Of a stretch of DNA of 56,624 nucleotides, positions 27,168-37,600 are shown one piece after another. The number at the start of each line of letters is the position of its first letter. Positions within the stretch are counted from its first letter, which is position 1. A program made the translations under genes and the position numbers. This DNA comes from an uncultured Oscillospiraceae bacterium (GTDB lineage Bacteria; Bacillota; Clostridia; Oscillospirales; Oscillospiraceae): the NCBI GenBank assembly GCA_910577805.1, contig CAJTOE010000001.1:1-56624 (forward strand), written 5' to 3'. A model generated the notes under the pieces. That model searched no databases. It saw only the letters and a list, made by a program, of their open reading frames with translations, and had not been told where the DNA came from.

Positions 27168-27884
27168 TCACCCTATGAGCATCTGCCGTAACCGCTCCAC
27201 CGCCCGCCGCTCCAGCCGGGACACCTGCACCTGAGACACCCCCAGCACCTTGGCGGTCTGGGTCTGGGTCAGGCTTCGATAGTACCGCAGCACCAGCACC
27301 TGGCGCTCCCGCTCCGGCAGGCGCTCCAGGGCGGAATGCAGGGTGATCTGCTCCACCAGGCCGTCCTCCATCCCGCCGCTGCTCAGCACGCCCTCCAGCG
27401 TCAGCCCGCCGTCGCCGGTCTCCGCCTGGAGGGATACCACCGGGTCGGCGGCTGTCTCGGCGGCGGCGATGTCCTCCGGGGTGAAGCCGGTCTCCTCCGC
27501 CAGCTCCGACAGGGTCGGCTCCCGGCCCAGGGAGGCGCACAGCCGTCCGCGGGCCATCCGGATGGTCAAAGCCCGCTCCTTCAGCCCCCGGCTGACCTTC
27601 ATGGATCCGTCGTCCCGGAGAAAACGGCGGATCTCCCCGGCGATTTTGGGGACGGCGTAGGTGGAAAACTGGGTGCCGAAGGACTGGTCAAAGCCCTGCA
27701 CCGCCTTCAAAAAGCCCAGACAGCCCAGCTGGTACAGGTCGTCCGGCTCCACGCCCCGGCCGTAGTACCGGCGCACGACGCTCCAGATCAGCCCCGTGTT
27801 GTCCTCCAGGACCTGCTCACAGGCCAGCTTGTCCCCCTCCCGCGCAGCCTGGAGGAGCTCCGGCGGGGAGGAGGTGCCGCTCAC
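27168..27884 (-). CDS. sigF: Sporulation sigma factor F
   Basis: DDLYQLGCLG, FSTYAVP, RRFLRDDG, SQVQVSRLE; follows spoIIAB. Confidence 0.92.
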   Translation of the reverse strand: MSGTSSPPELLQAAREGDKLACEQVLEDNTGLIWSVVRRYYGRGVEPDDLYQLGCLGFLKAVQGFDQSFGTQFSTYAVPKIAGEIRRFLRDDGSMKVSRGLKERALTIRMARGRLCASLGREPTLSELAEETGFTPEDIAAAETAADPVVSLQAETGDGGLTLEGVLSSGGMEDGLVEQITLHSALERLPERERQVLVLRYYRSLTQTQTAKVLGVSQVQVSRLERRAVERLRQMLIG

Positions 27885-28318
27885 CGCCCGGCGCGGCGGG
27901 CGATGCTCCGCCGCATGACCACGGTGGTCCCCTTGCCCGGCTTGGAGCGGACCTTGACCGTATCCATAAAAGATTCCATGATGGTAAAGCCCATCCCGGA
28001 GCGCTCGTCGCTGCCGGTGGTGAACAGAGGGGTCCGGGCCTGCTCCACGTCCTCGATGCCCACGCCCCAGTCCCGCACGGCGATTTCCAGCACCTGTCCG
28101 GGCAGGATGCGCAGCTTCACAACGACCTTGCCCAGGGTGTCCGGGTAGGCGTGGACGATGGCGTTGGTCACCGCCTCGCTGACGGCTGTTTTGATGTCGT
28201 TGACCTCGTCCAGGGTGGGGTCCAGCTGGGCGGCGAAGCAGGCCGCCGCCGTGCGGGCAAAGCCCTCGTTGGCGGAGCGGCTTGGGAACTCCAAAATGGT
28301 GTAGTTATCCGGCTTCAT
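27881..28318 (-). CDS. spoIIAB: Anti-sigma F factor
   Basis: SEAVTNAIVHAY, ERSGMGFTIMESFMD. Confidence 0.96.
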   Translation of the reverse strand: MKPDNYTILEFPSRSANEGFARTAAACFAAQLDPTLDEVNDIKTAVSEAVTNAIVHAYPDTLGKVVVKLRILPGQVLEIAVRDWGVGIEDVEQARTPLFTTGSDERSGMGFTIMESFMDTVKVRSKPGKGTTVVMRRSIARRAGR

Positions 28319-28334
28319 ATGTAAAAATGCCTCC

Positions 28335-28652
28335 TTATTCTGATTTCTCTGCAAACTGGATCAATTTTTCCAGCCCCGCCGCCTGAAACACTTTCCGGGC
28401 CTGGGCGGGGGTGTTGCACACCTCCATGCTGCCCTCCAGCTGGCGCATCCGGCGGTAGGCCCGCAGCAAGACCGCGATGCCGGAGCTGTCGGAAAACGTG
28501 AGCTGCTCCAGGTCCAGCCGCAGGGACCGGGGCAAAGCGGCGTCGATCTGCCGGTCCAGCTCCCGCATGATCTCCTTGGCCCGGTGGTGGTCCAGCTCCC
28601 CGGAGATGGACGCGGTGAGGCAGCGTCCCTCCTCCTGACAAATGACGGGCAT
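28335..28652 (-). CDS. spoIIAA: Anti-anti-sigma factor (STAS domain)
   Basis: GELDHH, FSDSSGI. Confidence 0.94.
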   Translation of the reverse strand: MPVICQEEGRCLTASISGELDHHRAKEIMRELDRQIDAALPRSLRLDLEQLTFSDSSGIAVLLRAYRRMRQLEGSMEVCNTPAQARKVFQAAGLEKLIQFAEKSE

Positions 28653-28783
28653 ATACGCCCCTCCTCTCCATATTTTGGTATTTAAGATTATAGGACAAGC
28701 CCGGCGCGGACCTTGTCAGAAAACCGGATATGTGATAAAATAATCCCGCCGGAAATTTTCGGGCAGAAATGGAGCGATCAGCT

Positions 28784-30094
28784 ATGTGGTTTGAAAAAAG
28801 TGTTTTCTATCAGATCTATCCCCTGGGCTTCTGTGGGGCCCCGCAGCACAACGACGGACAGACGGTCCCCCGTATTGAAAAAGTAGCCCAATGGGGGGAG
28901 CATATGGAGAAGCTGGGGGTGGACGCCCTGTATCTCTCCCCCATCTTTGACAGCGACGCCCACGGCTACGACACCCGCGACTACCGGAAGCTGGACTGCC
29001 GCCTGGGGACCAATGCGGATTTCAAGGCGGTGTGCCAATCCCTCCACGCGCGCGGCATCCGGGTGGTGCTGGACGGCGTTTTCAACCACGTAGGCCGGGG
29101 CTTCTGGGCCTTCCGGGACGTGCAGGAGAAAAAATGGGACTCCCCCTATAAGGACTGGTTCCACATCTCCTTCGACGGCAATTCCAACTATAACGACGGC
29201 TTCTGGTACGAGGGCTGGGAGGGCCACTTTGAGCTGGTGAAGCTCAACCTGCGCAACCCCGCCGTGATCGACTACCTGCTGGACTGCGTGAAGTTCTGGG
29301 TGGACGAATTCGACATCGACGGCCTGCGGCTGGACGTGGCCTACTGCCTGGACAAGGATTTCATTCGCCGCCTGCGGAGCTTCACAGACGGCTTGAAGCC
29401 GGAATTTTTCCTGGTGGGCGAAACCCTTCACGGGGACTACAACCAGTGGGTGGGAGACGGGATGCTCCACAGCTGCACCAACTACGAGTGCTACAAGGGC
29501 CTGTGGTCCGCCCTGAACAGCATGAACCTGTTTGAGATCGTCCACAGCCTCAAGCGGCAGTTCGGCCCGGAGCAGTGGACCCTGTATAAAGGAAAGCACC
29601 TGTTCTGCTTTGCGGACAACCATGACGTGACCCGCGCCGCCAGCGTCCTCACCGACCCCAAGCACCTGCCCCTGATGTACGGCATTTTGTTTGGTATGCC
29701 GGGCATCCCCTGCCTGTATTACGGCAGCGAGTGGGGGGAGAAGGCGGACAAAAAGCAGGGCGACCCGGCCTTGCGGCCCAGCTTCGAGGCCCCGGAGTGG
29801 AACGAGCTGACGGACCTGCTCCAGGCCATGGCCAAGGCCCACCGGGAGAGCGAGGCTCTGTGTTACGGCGATTTCCAGGACGTGGTGCTGACCAACAAGC
29901 AGACCATTTTCCAGCGCCGGACGGACACGGAACGGGTCCTGGTGGCGGTGAACGCCGACAGCCAGCCCTACACGGCCCATTTCAATGCCAACTGCGGCCA
30001 GGCCATCGACCTGATTACCGGAAAACTGCACGACTTCGGCGGGGGCAGCGAGCTGCCGCCCTACAGTGTAGCGTTTTGGAAGTGTGAGAGATGA
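28784..30094 (+). CDS. GH13 alpha-amylase/maltodextrin glucosidase
   Basis: HGYDT, LDGVFNH, DGLRLDVA, DNHD, YYGSEWG. Confidence 0.92.
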   Translation: MWFEKSVFYQIYPLGFCGAPQHNDGQTVPRIEKVAQWGEHMEKLGVDALYLSPIFDSDAHGYDTRDYRKLDCRLGTNADFKAVCQSLHARGIRVVLDGVFNHVGRGFWAFRDVQEKKWDSPYKDWFHISFDGNSNYNDGFWYEGWEGHFELVKLNLRNPAVIDYLLDCVKFWVDEFDIDGLRLDVAYCLDKDFIRRLRSFTDGLKPEFFLVGETLHGDYNQWVGDGMLHSCTNYECYKGLWSALNSMNLFEIVHSLKRQFGPEQWTLYKGKHLFCFADNHDVTRAASVLTDPKHLPLMYGILFGMPGIPCLYYGSEWGEKADKKQGDPALRPSFEAPEWNELTDLLQAMAKAHRESEALCYGDFQDVVLTNKQTIFQRRTDTERVLVAVNADSQPYTAHFNANCGQAIDLITGKLHDFGGGSELPPYSVAFWKCER

Positions 30095-30951
30095 AACAGA
30101 GAGATTTTTATCAAGCGCTCTATCAAACCCTCCAGGGCGGCGGGCGGGGACTGACCGTCCCCCAGCCGCCCCTGGCGGAGCTGGCCCGGACGCTGTCCTC
30201 CAGCCGCCGGGCACTTGTGCTGACCGGCTTTCCCATCGACTGCGGGGATTATGTGATCGGAGAGACGGACGGCCCCTGCGGCGCGGCGGAGATTGCACGG
30301 GTACTGACTGCCCTGGGCTGTCAGGTGACCGTCGTGACCGACGCGCCCTCCATTCCCCTGCTGCGGGCGGCCCTGGCCCAGACGGCCCCGGCAGCCCGCC
30401 TGGAGGAGGCTCCCATGGAGGACACCGAGGCGTTTGCACGGACGCTTTGGGAACAGCTGCAGCCGGATTTGTTCCTGAGCATCGAGCGGCCCGGCAAGGC
30501 CTCGAACGGGCATTTTCACAACATGCGGGGTACTGTGATCGACGCTATGACCGCGGACACGGACTGCCTGCTGGCCCTGGCGGCGCAGCGGGGGTGCGTG
30601 ACTGTGGCGATTGGGGACGGCGGCAATGAGCTGGGCATGGGCGCGCTGCTGCCGCAGATCGCGGCGGGAGTCCCCCACGGGGCCGAGATTGGGGCGGTCC
30701 TGCCGGCGCAGTACACGTTAGGCGCGGGGGTATCCAACTGGTGGGGGCCAGGTCTGGCGGCGCTGCTGTCCCACGAGACCGGACGAAACCTGATGCTGAC
30801 CCCAGAGGAGGACCGGGCGCTGCTCCAGGCTGTAGTGAACGCGGGCGCAGTGGACGGCTGCACCAAGGAGCGGGCGCTGTCGGTGGACAGCTATCCTGTT
30901 TCGGTCCAGCTGGACCTGCGGCGGCGGCTGGCGGAGCTGTGCGGGTTGTGA
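30091..30951 (+). CDS. DUF4392 / D-glutamate cyclase-like protein
   Basis: ETDGP, IERPG, IGDGGNELGMG, VSNW. Confidence 0.85.
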   Translation: MKQRDFYQALYQTLQGGGRGLTVPQPPLAELARTLSSSRRALVLTGFPIDCGDYVIGETDGPCGAAEIARVLTALGCQVTVVTDAPSIPLLRAALAQTAPAARLEEAPMEDTEAFARTLWEQLQPDLFLSIERPGKASNGHFHNMRGTVIDAMTADTDCLLALAAQRGCVTVAIGDGGNELGMGALLPQIAAGVPHGAEIGAVLPAQYTLGAGVSNWWGPGLAALLSHETGRNLMLTPEEDRALLQAVVNAGAVDGCTKERALSVDSYPVSVQLDLRRRLAELCGL

Positions 30952-30999
30952 GCGGGGGCGTCCTTCCCCCTCCGTCCAAAATATAAGAGGGCAGTAGTA

Positions 31000-31056
31000 T
31001 TGACAAATTCACAAGACTGTGGTAGTATCATAACAGTGGTACTACTACAGTCTTGT
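31000..31056 (+). promoter_or_regulatory. blaI promoter with a 17-bp inverted repeat (probable operator)
   Basis: TTGACA-17 nt-TAGTAT; acaagactgtggtagta (31011-31027) and tactactacagtcttgt (31040-31056), 1 mismatch. Confidence 0.7.
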
Positions 31057-31084
31057 CTTTTTTTACAGAAAGGGGCCCTACGCT

Positions 31085-31444
31085 ATGGCAGAAAAATTAT
31101 TCGACTCGGAACTGAAGGTGATGGGCGTTCTCTGGCGGGAGGGCGACACCACCGCAAAGCACATCGCCGACGTCCTCATCGAGCAGGTGGGCTGGAACCG
31201 GAACACGACCTATACGCTCATCAAGCGCTGTATGAAAAAGGGGGCCATCGCCCGGAAAGAACCCCATTTCATGTGCCATGCGCTGGTGGAAAAGGAGGCT
31301 GTCCAGGAGGCGGAGACCAACGAGCTGATTGACCGCATCTACGACGGTTCGGAGGACAAGTTATTCGCCGCTCTGCTGGGCCGCAAGAAGCTCTCCGCAG
31401 AGCAGATCGGCCGCTTGAAGGACATTGTGGGAGAGCTGGAGTGA
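31085..31444 (+). CDS. BlaI/MecI/CopY-family repressor
   Basis: SELKVMGVLW, WNRNTTYTLIKRC..KGAI. Confidence 0.92.
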   Translation: MAEKLFDSELKVMGVLWREGDTTAKHIADVLIEQVGWNRNTTYTLIKRCMKKGAIARKEPHFMCHALVEKEAVQEAETNELIDRIYDGSEDKLFAALLGRKKLSAEQIGRLKDIVGELE

Positions 31445-31454
31445 GGAGGTCACT

Positions 31455-34400
31455 ATGAATCTGCTGCAAATGAGTTTTACCGGGGGCGTTCTGATCACCG
31501 TTATCACCATCCTGCGTGCGGCAGCCCTCAGCCGTCTGCCCAAAAAGGCGTTCTTGGCTCTGTGGGCGGTGGTGCTGGTCCGGCTGCTGGTCCCCTTCTC
31601 CCTGCCGTCTGTATTCAGCGTGTATACCTACGTAGAACCCGCCCCCATCCCCGCGCCGGTGCAGGTACAGCCCATCCGGCAGCCCGTACAGCCCTCCACG
31701 CTGCTCCCCGCCGGAGAGACTGCCGGAGAACCTCCTGTCCCCGCGCCGGAGCCGGAGCAGACACCTCTGAATATTCCCCTGCAAGCCGTGGTCTGGGGCG
31801 CGGGAGCCGGAGCGTGCTTCCTGTATTTCGCCCTGTCCTATTGGCGGTGCCGCCGGGAGTTCCAGACTTCTTTGCCGGTGGAGGGCACGTCCCTCTCCGT
31901 GGGCGGCGCACGGCGGAGCATCTCCCTGCGGCAGTCGGACCGCATCTCCGCGCCGCTGACCTATGGGGTGCTTCATCCTGTTATCCTGATGCCAAAAAAT
32001 ACGAACTGGAATGACAAAGCGACCCTGCAATATGTACTGGCCCACGAATTGGTCCATATCCGGCGGTTCGACGCGGCCACCAAGCTGGTGCTGGCCGGAG
32101 CATTGTGCATCCACTGGTTCAACCCGCTGGTGTGGGTGATGTACCTGCTGGCCAACCGGGACCTGGAGCTGTCCTGCGACGAGGAAGTCGTGCGGCAGTT
32201 CGGCCTGAACGCCCGGCGGGCCTACGCCATGACCCTGATCGGCATGGAGGAACAGAAAAGCGGACTTTCGGGGCTGTACAGCTACTTCAACAAAAACGCC
32301 ATGGAAGAAAGGATTACAGCCATTATGAAAACAAAAAAATTGACTATATCGGCGGTCTGTGCCGCGCTGGCCCTGATTATCGGGATCACAGCGGCCTTCG
32401 CCACCTCAGCTATGCCCGGCAATCAGCCGGACGAAACCGCCATCCCCGGCTTCACCCAGGAGGAGAGCGCGACACTCATGTCCATCTGGTGCGACGGCGA
32501 TGAAGAACTGACCGTGGCCCAGTACCGGGACAAGATGCTGAAGCTCCGGGACGACCCGGCGGCGGAAGCCCTGTTCCAGCGGCTGGACGCGGCCCTGAGT
32601 GACCACAGCCTGGACGATGCCAGAAAAGACAACCAGGCCCTCCATGAATTTTTGATGTTCTACACGGACCTGTGCAAGCCTCTGCTGTTCGGCGACAGCT
32701 ATACCTTTCAGTTCACCCATTATGGCTCCGCCAACGGGGACGCAGTCTCCAGCTCCCCCTGGCTGGAGTGTGAGAATCAACTCACGGTATTAAAACCGGA
32801 ACGTTTAACCGTTCGGACGTATAACGACGCCCGCCTGGACATTTTCGACTCCCTTGGCCGGGTCTGGGACGGGACCATACAGACCATCGAAGCTGTTGAG
32901 CTGGAATGCCAGCGGCTGATGGAAAAGTGGAGCAACGAAATGATGACCGCCTCAGTCTACGCGGTGGTCCGCGAGGGCTGGGAGGAGGACTCGCTGGGGG
33001 ACATTACCCAAAACTGGAACCAGCTTCTGGCCCCCTACCTCCCCTTCGGCCTGCGCTTTGAGCTGGACCCCAGGGCCGCGCTGGAGGGCAGCGGCCTGCG
33101 CATGACCTACCAGGGCTATGTAGTCCGGGGCATCGTGGATGGCAAAATCTGGATCACCGAAACGGCGGGCAGCACCCACTTCAACCCCGATTCCATTGAG
33201 CTGTTCGCCGTCCGGGACGCGGAAGGAAATTTGACCGGTCTGCGGCTCCCCACGGAAGAGGAGAACAGCCAGTACTGGAACAAGCGGGCTTGGACCAGCT
33301 TCAGCAAGAGCCTGAGCAGTCAGTGGTATGAGGGCCGACAAACGGTCCCCGGCACAAAGGAAGATTACGAAACGTTATTCAGCTCCGTGAAAATTACAGG
33401 ATATAAAGATCTGTCCCTGAAGGAGTTCAACGAACTGGTGCTGAACTGGGGCAACAAGTATTTCAACGCCTATGAGAGTATTACGGAGGACACCGCCCGG
33501 AGCGAATTCCCCATGGAGCTGTCCGAAGAGGAGCTGGAGTTTTTGCGGCTGACCATGCCCCTGTCCCAGGAGGAAAACTACCGGATGATTCAGAGCATCA
33601 AAACCGGCAGTCCGGCAGAGGACCCCTGTGTGTCCGCAGAGCAGCTGGACCGTGACGACGGGGAATGGGCCTGGTGCCATTTGTGGTATCAGTTTTCCTA
33701 CCATGTGGCGGACAAGAACACTATGACCGTGGCGGAGCGGGACCGCCAGGTAAACGGCTTCATGGGGGAGGTCAGGAATTTCTTCCAAAAGACGGATTTT
33801 GATGCGCTGTTGCAGTTAAACGAAACCGATGTAGTGGAAAAAATGCAGGAATTTGCCAAGAAGTACAGCGGCAAGCAGCTGACCATCGCTGTAGATGAGA
33901 ATCTGGTGCAGTTTGAGTCCATGGACGAGCGGGACACCCATGTTTCGGCGGAGAATACCGCCATCCGATTGGTCCAGGCGGCCGCAGAGGCCATCCGGCA
34001 GACCGGCGATGAGGCCATTGCTGCGGAGCTGCTTGGCGCGAACTATGCGCAGGGGCTTTTGTGGCTGGACTATGACGAAAACTGGGAAGTGTCCTCCGAC
34101 GGACCGTACCGCTTGACCGCCCAGGGCGTCCCGTATGCAGAGCCGAATACGGTGCGGGTCGCAATGGAGCGGGAGGACGGCAGCACATTGTATGAGGAGA
34201 TCGTGACCTGGGAAACGAAACCCACCCAGCCGGAAACCGTTCCACCGGAGACTACCCAGCCGGAAACCGACGAAATGATTCCCGCCCGCGGACGGGGCGG
34301 CGGGCCGACCGGTCCCTGGACCAGCGGGTATATCCGCAAATCGGAGCTGGAGCTTATTTTAAACGATTTGGACGACCCGAAAAGCTCTGGAGACGGCCAG

Positions 34401-34565
34401 ATTACACTGTACAGCGAGGACGGAATCGTTAACGGCACTTTTTATGTCAAAAAAGAGGAAAAACGCGGTTCTGCAAATATGAAGACTGCCCCTACCATAT
34501 TATCAAGGGCTGGGATTGAACATACTGCTTTTCCCATAAAACCCTCCCCCTCCACAAAATCTTAA
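31455..34565 (+). CDS. M56 (BlaR1-type) metallopeptidase with a large extracellular region
   Basis: LAHELVHIRR, HWFNPLVW, ELSCDE; paired with blaI. Confidence 0.9.
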   Translation: MNLLQMSFTGGVLITVITILRAAALSRLPKKAFLALWAVVLVRLLVPFSLPSVFSVYTYVEPAPIPAPVQVQPIRQPVQPSTLLPAGETAGEPPVPAPEPEQTPLNIPLQAVVWGAGAGACFLYFALSYWRCRREFQTSLPVEGTSLSVGGARRSISLRQSDRISAPLTYGVLHPVILMPKNTNWNDKATLQYVLAHELVHIRRFDAATKLVLAGALCIHWFNPLVWVMYLLANRDLELSCDEEVVRQFGLNARRAYAMTLIGMEEQKSGLSGLYSYFNKNAMEERITAIMKTKKLTISAVCAALALIIGITAAFATSAMPGNQPDETAIPGFTQEESATLMSIWCDGDEELTVAQYRDKMLKLRDDPAAEALFQRLDAALSDHSLDDARKDNQALHEFLMFYTDLCKPLLFGDSYTFQFTHYGSANGDAVSSSPWLECENQLTVLKPERLTVRTYNDARLDIFDSLGRVWDGTIQTIEAVELECQRLMEKWSNEMMTASVYAVVREGWEEDSLGDITQNWNQLLAPYLPFGLRFELDPRAALEGSGLRMTYQGYVVRGIVDGKIWITETAGSTHFNPDSIELFAVRDAEGNLTGLRLPTEEENSQYWNKRAWTSFSKSLSSQWYEGRQTVPGTKEDYETLFSSVKITGYKDLSLKEFNELVLNWGNKYFNAYESITEDTARSEFPMELSEEELEFLRLTMPLSQEENYRMIQSIKTGSPAEDPCVSAEQLDRDDGEWAWCHLWYQFSYHVADKNTMTVAERDRQVNGFMGEVRNFFQKTDFDALLQLNETDVVEKMQEFAKKYSGKQLTIAVDENLVQFESMDERDTHVSAENTAIRLVQAAAEAIRQTGDEAIAAELLGANYAQGLLWLDYDENWEVSSDGPYRLTAQGVPYAEPNTVRVAMEREDGSTLYEEIVTWETKPTQPETVPPETTQPETDEMIPARGRGGGPTGPWTSGYIRKSELELILNDLDDPKSSGDGQITLYSEDGIVNGTFYVKKEEKRGSANMKTAPTILSRAGIEHTAFPIKPSPSTKS

Positions 34566-34691
34566 CATTTCTTACCCGCCTGAAGAATTGACTTTTGCCG
34601 CAAAACAAGCTAAAATAGACCTCACTACATCCCCGGAGCGCGGGGCGTTCCGGGGAGGATCTAAAGGAGTACAACGAGTATGAGGTCAAGC

Positions 34692-37600
34692 ATGAAAAAA
34701 GCCGCCGCGCTGGCCTTAAGCGCATGTCTGCTGGTGGGAAGCGCCCAGGCCGTGAAGGCTTCCGACTTCAGTGACCTGAAAAGCAATCACTGGGCCTATT
34801 CCTACATTGACAAGGCCGCTGGGGACGGTCTGGTCTCCGGCATGGGCAACGGAAAGTTCGGCCCGGAGGAAAAGCTCTCCAACGCCCAGTTCATCACCAT
34901 GGTCTGCAATCTGCTGTACGAGGACAACGTGAAAAGCTTCCCCTCCGGCAGCGGTGCAAACTGGTGGCTCCCGTACTTAAACGCCGCCCAGAGCGTGGGC
35001 ATTCTGAATAATACGACCATTGCCTCGGAGCGCTCCGCCGCCGGGACCTGGACCGCCAAAATGGCCAACGCAGAGATCAACCGCTACGATATGGCCCAGA
35101 TTATGATGAACGTAGCCAAGGAGGAGGACTGGACTCCCGCTACCAGCAGCCAGATCTCCACCGCCCAGAGCCAGATCGCCGACTGGAGCAGCATTCCCAG
35201 CAAGTACCAGAACGCCGTGGCCTCCGCCTACGCCAAAAAATACCTGTCCGGCATGGACAACAAGGGGACCTTCCTGGGCACCGCCACCATGAACCGTGCC
35301 CAGGGCGCGGTGGTGCTGTGCAAGCTCTCCGACGAGAACGAGAGCGAGCAGACCCCCACCTATACCAATACGACCAATCTGGTCAACGGCAAAACGCCCA
35401 CCGCCGCCAACGTCTCCGCCGCCCTGCACGCCCTGCGGCTGGAGTACCCCCAGGGGGACAAGTGGAACATGAACAAGGCCTATGAGTCCGGCCAGCTGGG
35501 CACCAGCATCGGCAGCGAGGCCTTCGCCAACCTCCTCAGCGACCGGGTGTTCGGCAACCTCAAGGCCACCCGGCACACCAACTCCGCCGCCCTGAAGGTA
35601 GGCGACATCGTGCATATGTCCAAAACCGGCCTGTACGGCGTGGTCACCGACGTGGATGACGAGATGTTCGACTATGTGGGGTGCAGCGAGACCGGCTCGG
35701 TCACCTGGCGGGGCACGGCCTGGCTGAGTGACCTGACCTCCCGCGACAGCATCACCACCCGGTACGGCTCCACCACCGTGGACAACGCCCTGGCAAACGG
35801 CCTGGCCCCCACGGAGAGCAACGTCTCCAAGGCGCTGTGGAACCTGAACAGCAGCTACTACGACGGGAGCCTGTGGAGCGCCAACGACCGGTACACCTCT
35901 AAAGTCCTAGGCACCGGCTACGGCAGCCGGGGTCTGTCCTACTACTTCAGCGACGAGGTCTTTGGGGACCTGAAGGCCGTGGAGCATTACCGGCCCAACG
36001 ACCTGCGGGTCGGCGACGTGTTCCGCATGGGCAACCAGAACGACGACACCGCCTATGGCATCGTCGTGGAGGTGAACAAGACCCAGGGGACCTTCCGGTA
36101 TGCCAACGTGTACAACAACACGGTGCGCTGGGACAACAGCGCCAAGCTCACCGACCTGAACGGCTACCCCATCTACAGCCGCTATCCCAACACCACCCCG
36201 TCCACCAACACCAGCGGCAAGCTGACCAACAACACCGACGCTACGGAGCCGAACGTGCGCAGTCTGATTTCCACGCTCCAGTCCCGCTACCCCGCCAACA
36301 GCTACGACTGGCGGACCAACACCGCCTTTACCACCAGCGGGAACCGGCTCCAGTACCGCTCCAGCGTGCTGGGCACCGCCTACGACAGTCAGGCTCTGGC
36401 CTACTACCTCAGCGACCAGATTTTCGGCAACCTGAATTACAGCCGCTACACCAACAACGGCCAGTACAATTTGCGCGTGGGCGATGTCGTGATTTTCGAC
36501 AACAATAACAACGCCGGTCTGGTCACCAGCGTGTCGAGCAACAACAGCTTTACTTATACCACCCTCTATTACAGCACCGGCACCTGGTACACCGCCACCG
36601 CCAACTGGAACCAGTCGGGCAATCTGTCCAACTACACCAGCGGCAGCGTGTCTATCTACAGCCGCTATCCCTCCTACAACAACGGCACCGGGAACTATAA
36701 CAACGCCGCCAGCGGCACTCTGGTGAACGGCACCCAGCCCACCGAGGCCAACGTGGGCACCGCCCTGAGCAACTTCCAGCGCAGCAGCAGCTACCCCTCC
36801 AACGGCTTCTGGGGCTCCAATTACAGCTACCGGTCCAATATCCTGGGCAGCAGCTCCACCCCCAGTCAGGCCCTGGCCTACCGCATGAGCGATGAGGTGT
36901 TCGGGAACCTGCCGGTGACCTCCTACAGCAGCCTCTACAGCTACACCCCCCGCACCGGCGACGTCGTCCGGTTCAACAACGGGGATTACGGAATTCTTAC
37001 CGGCAGCTACTCCAACGGCGGCTTTACTTACCTGACCCTGGATTCCCTGGGCTACGCCCGGAGCAATTCCTGGACCAACAGCAGCCTGAACCCCTCCATT
37101 ACCTCCATCCAGACCCGCTACCCCACCGGGAACAACTCCGGCAACGGAAATTATAACAATGCCGCCAGCGGCACTCTGGTGAATGGCACCCAGCCCAACG
37201 AGGCCAATGTGAACACGGCTCTGAGCAACTTCCAGCGCAGCAATAACTACCCCGCCAACGGCTACTTCGGACCCAACTACAGCTACCGGTCCAACGTGCT
37301 GGGCAGCGGCTCCACCCCCAGTCAGGCCATGGCCTACCGCGTCAGCGACGAGGTGTTCGGCAATCTGCCGGTGACCTCCTACAGCAACACCTATAATTAC
37401 CTCCCCCGCACTGGCGACGTGGTCCGGTTCAACGACGGGACCTCCGGTATTCTCACCAACAGCTATTCCAACGGCGGATTCAATTATCTGGCCCTGGACG
37501 GCCAGGGCTACGCCCGGAACAACACCTGGAGCAATACCGGCTTCTATCCCACCATCACCTCCGTCCAGACCCGCTACCCCTCCAATACCAACGTCAGCGG

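Noticed and set aside
36684..37590. Repeat pair as a diversity-generating retroelement TR/VR
   Set aside because: Mismatches are not adenine-specific, both copies are in-frame coding, and no reverse transcriptase is in the window.
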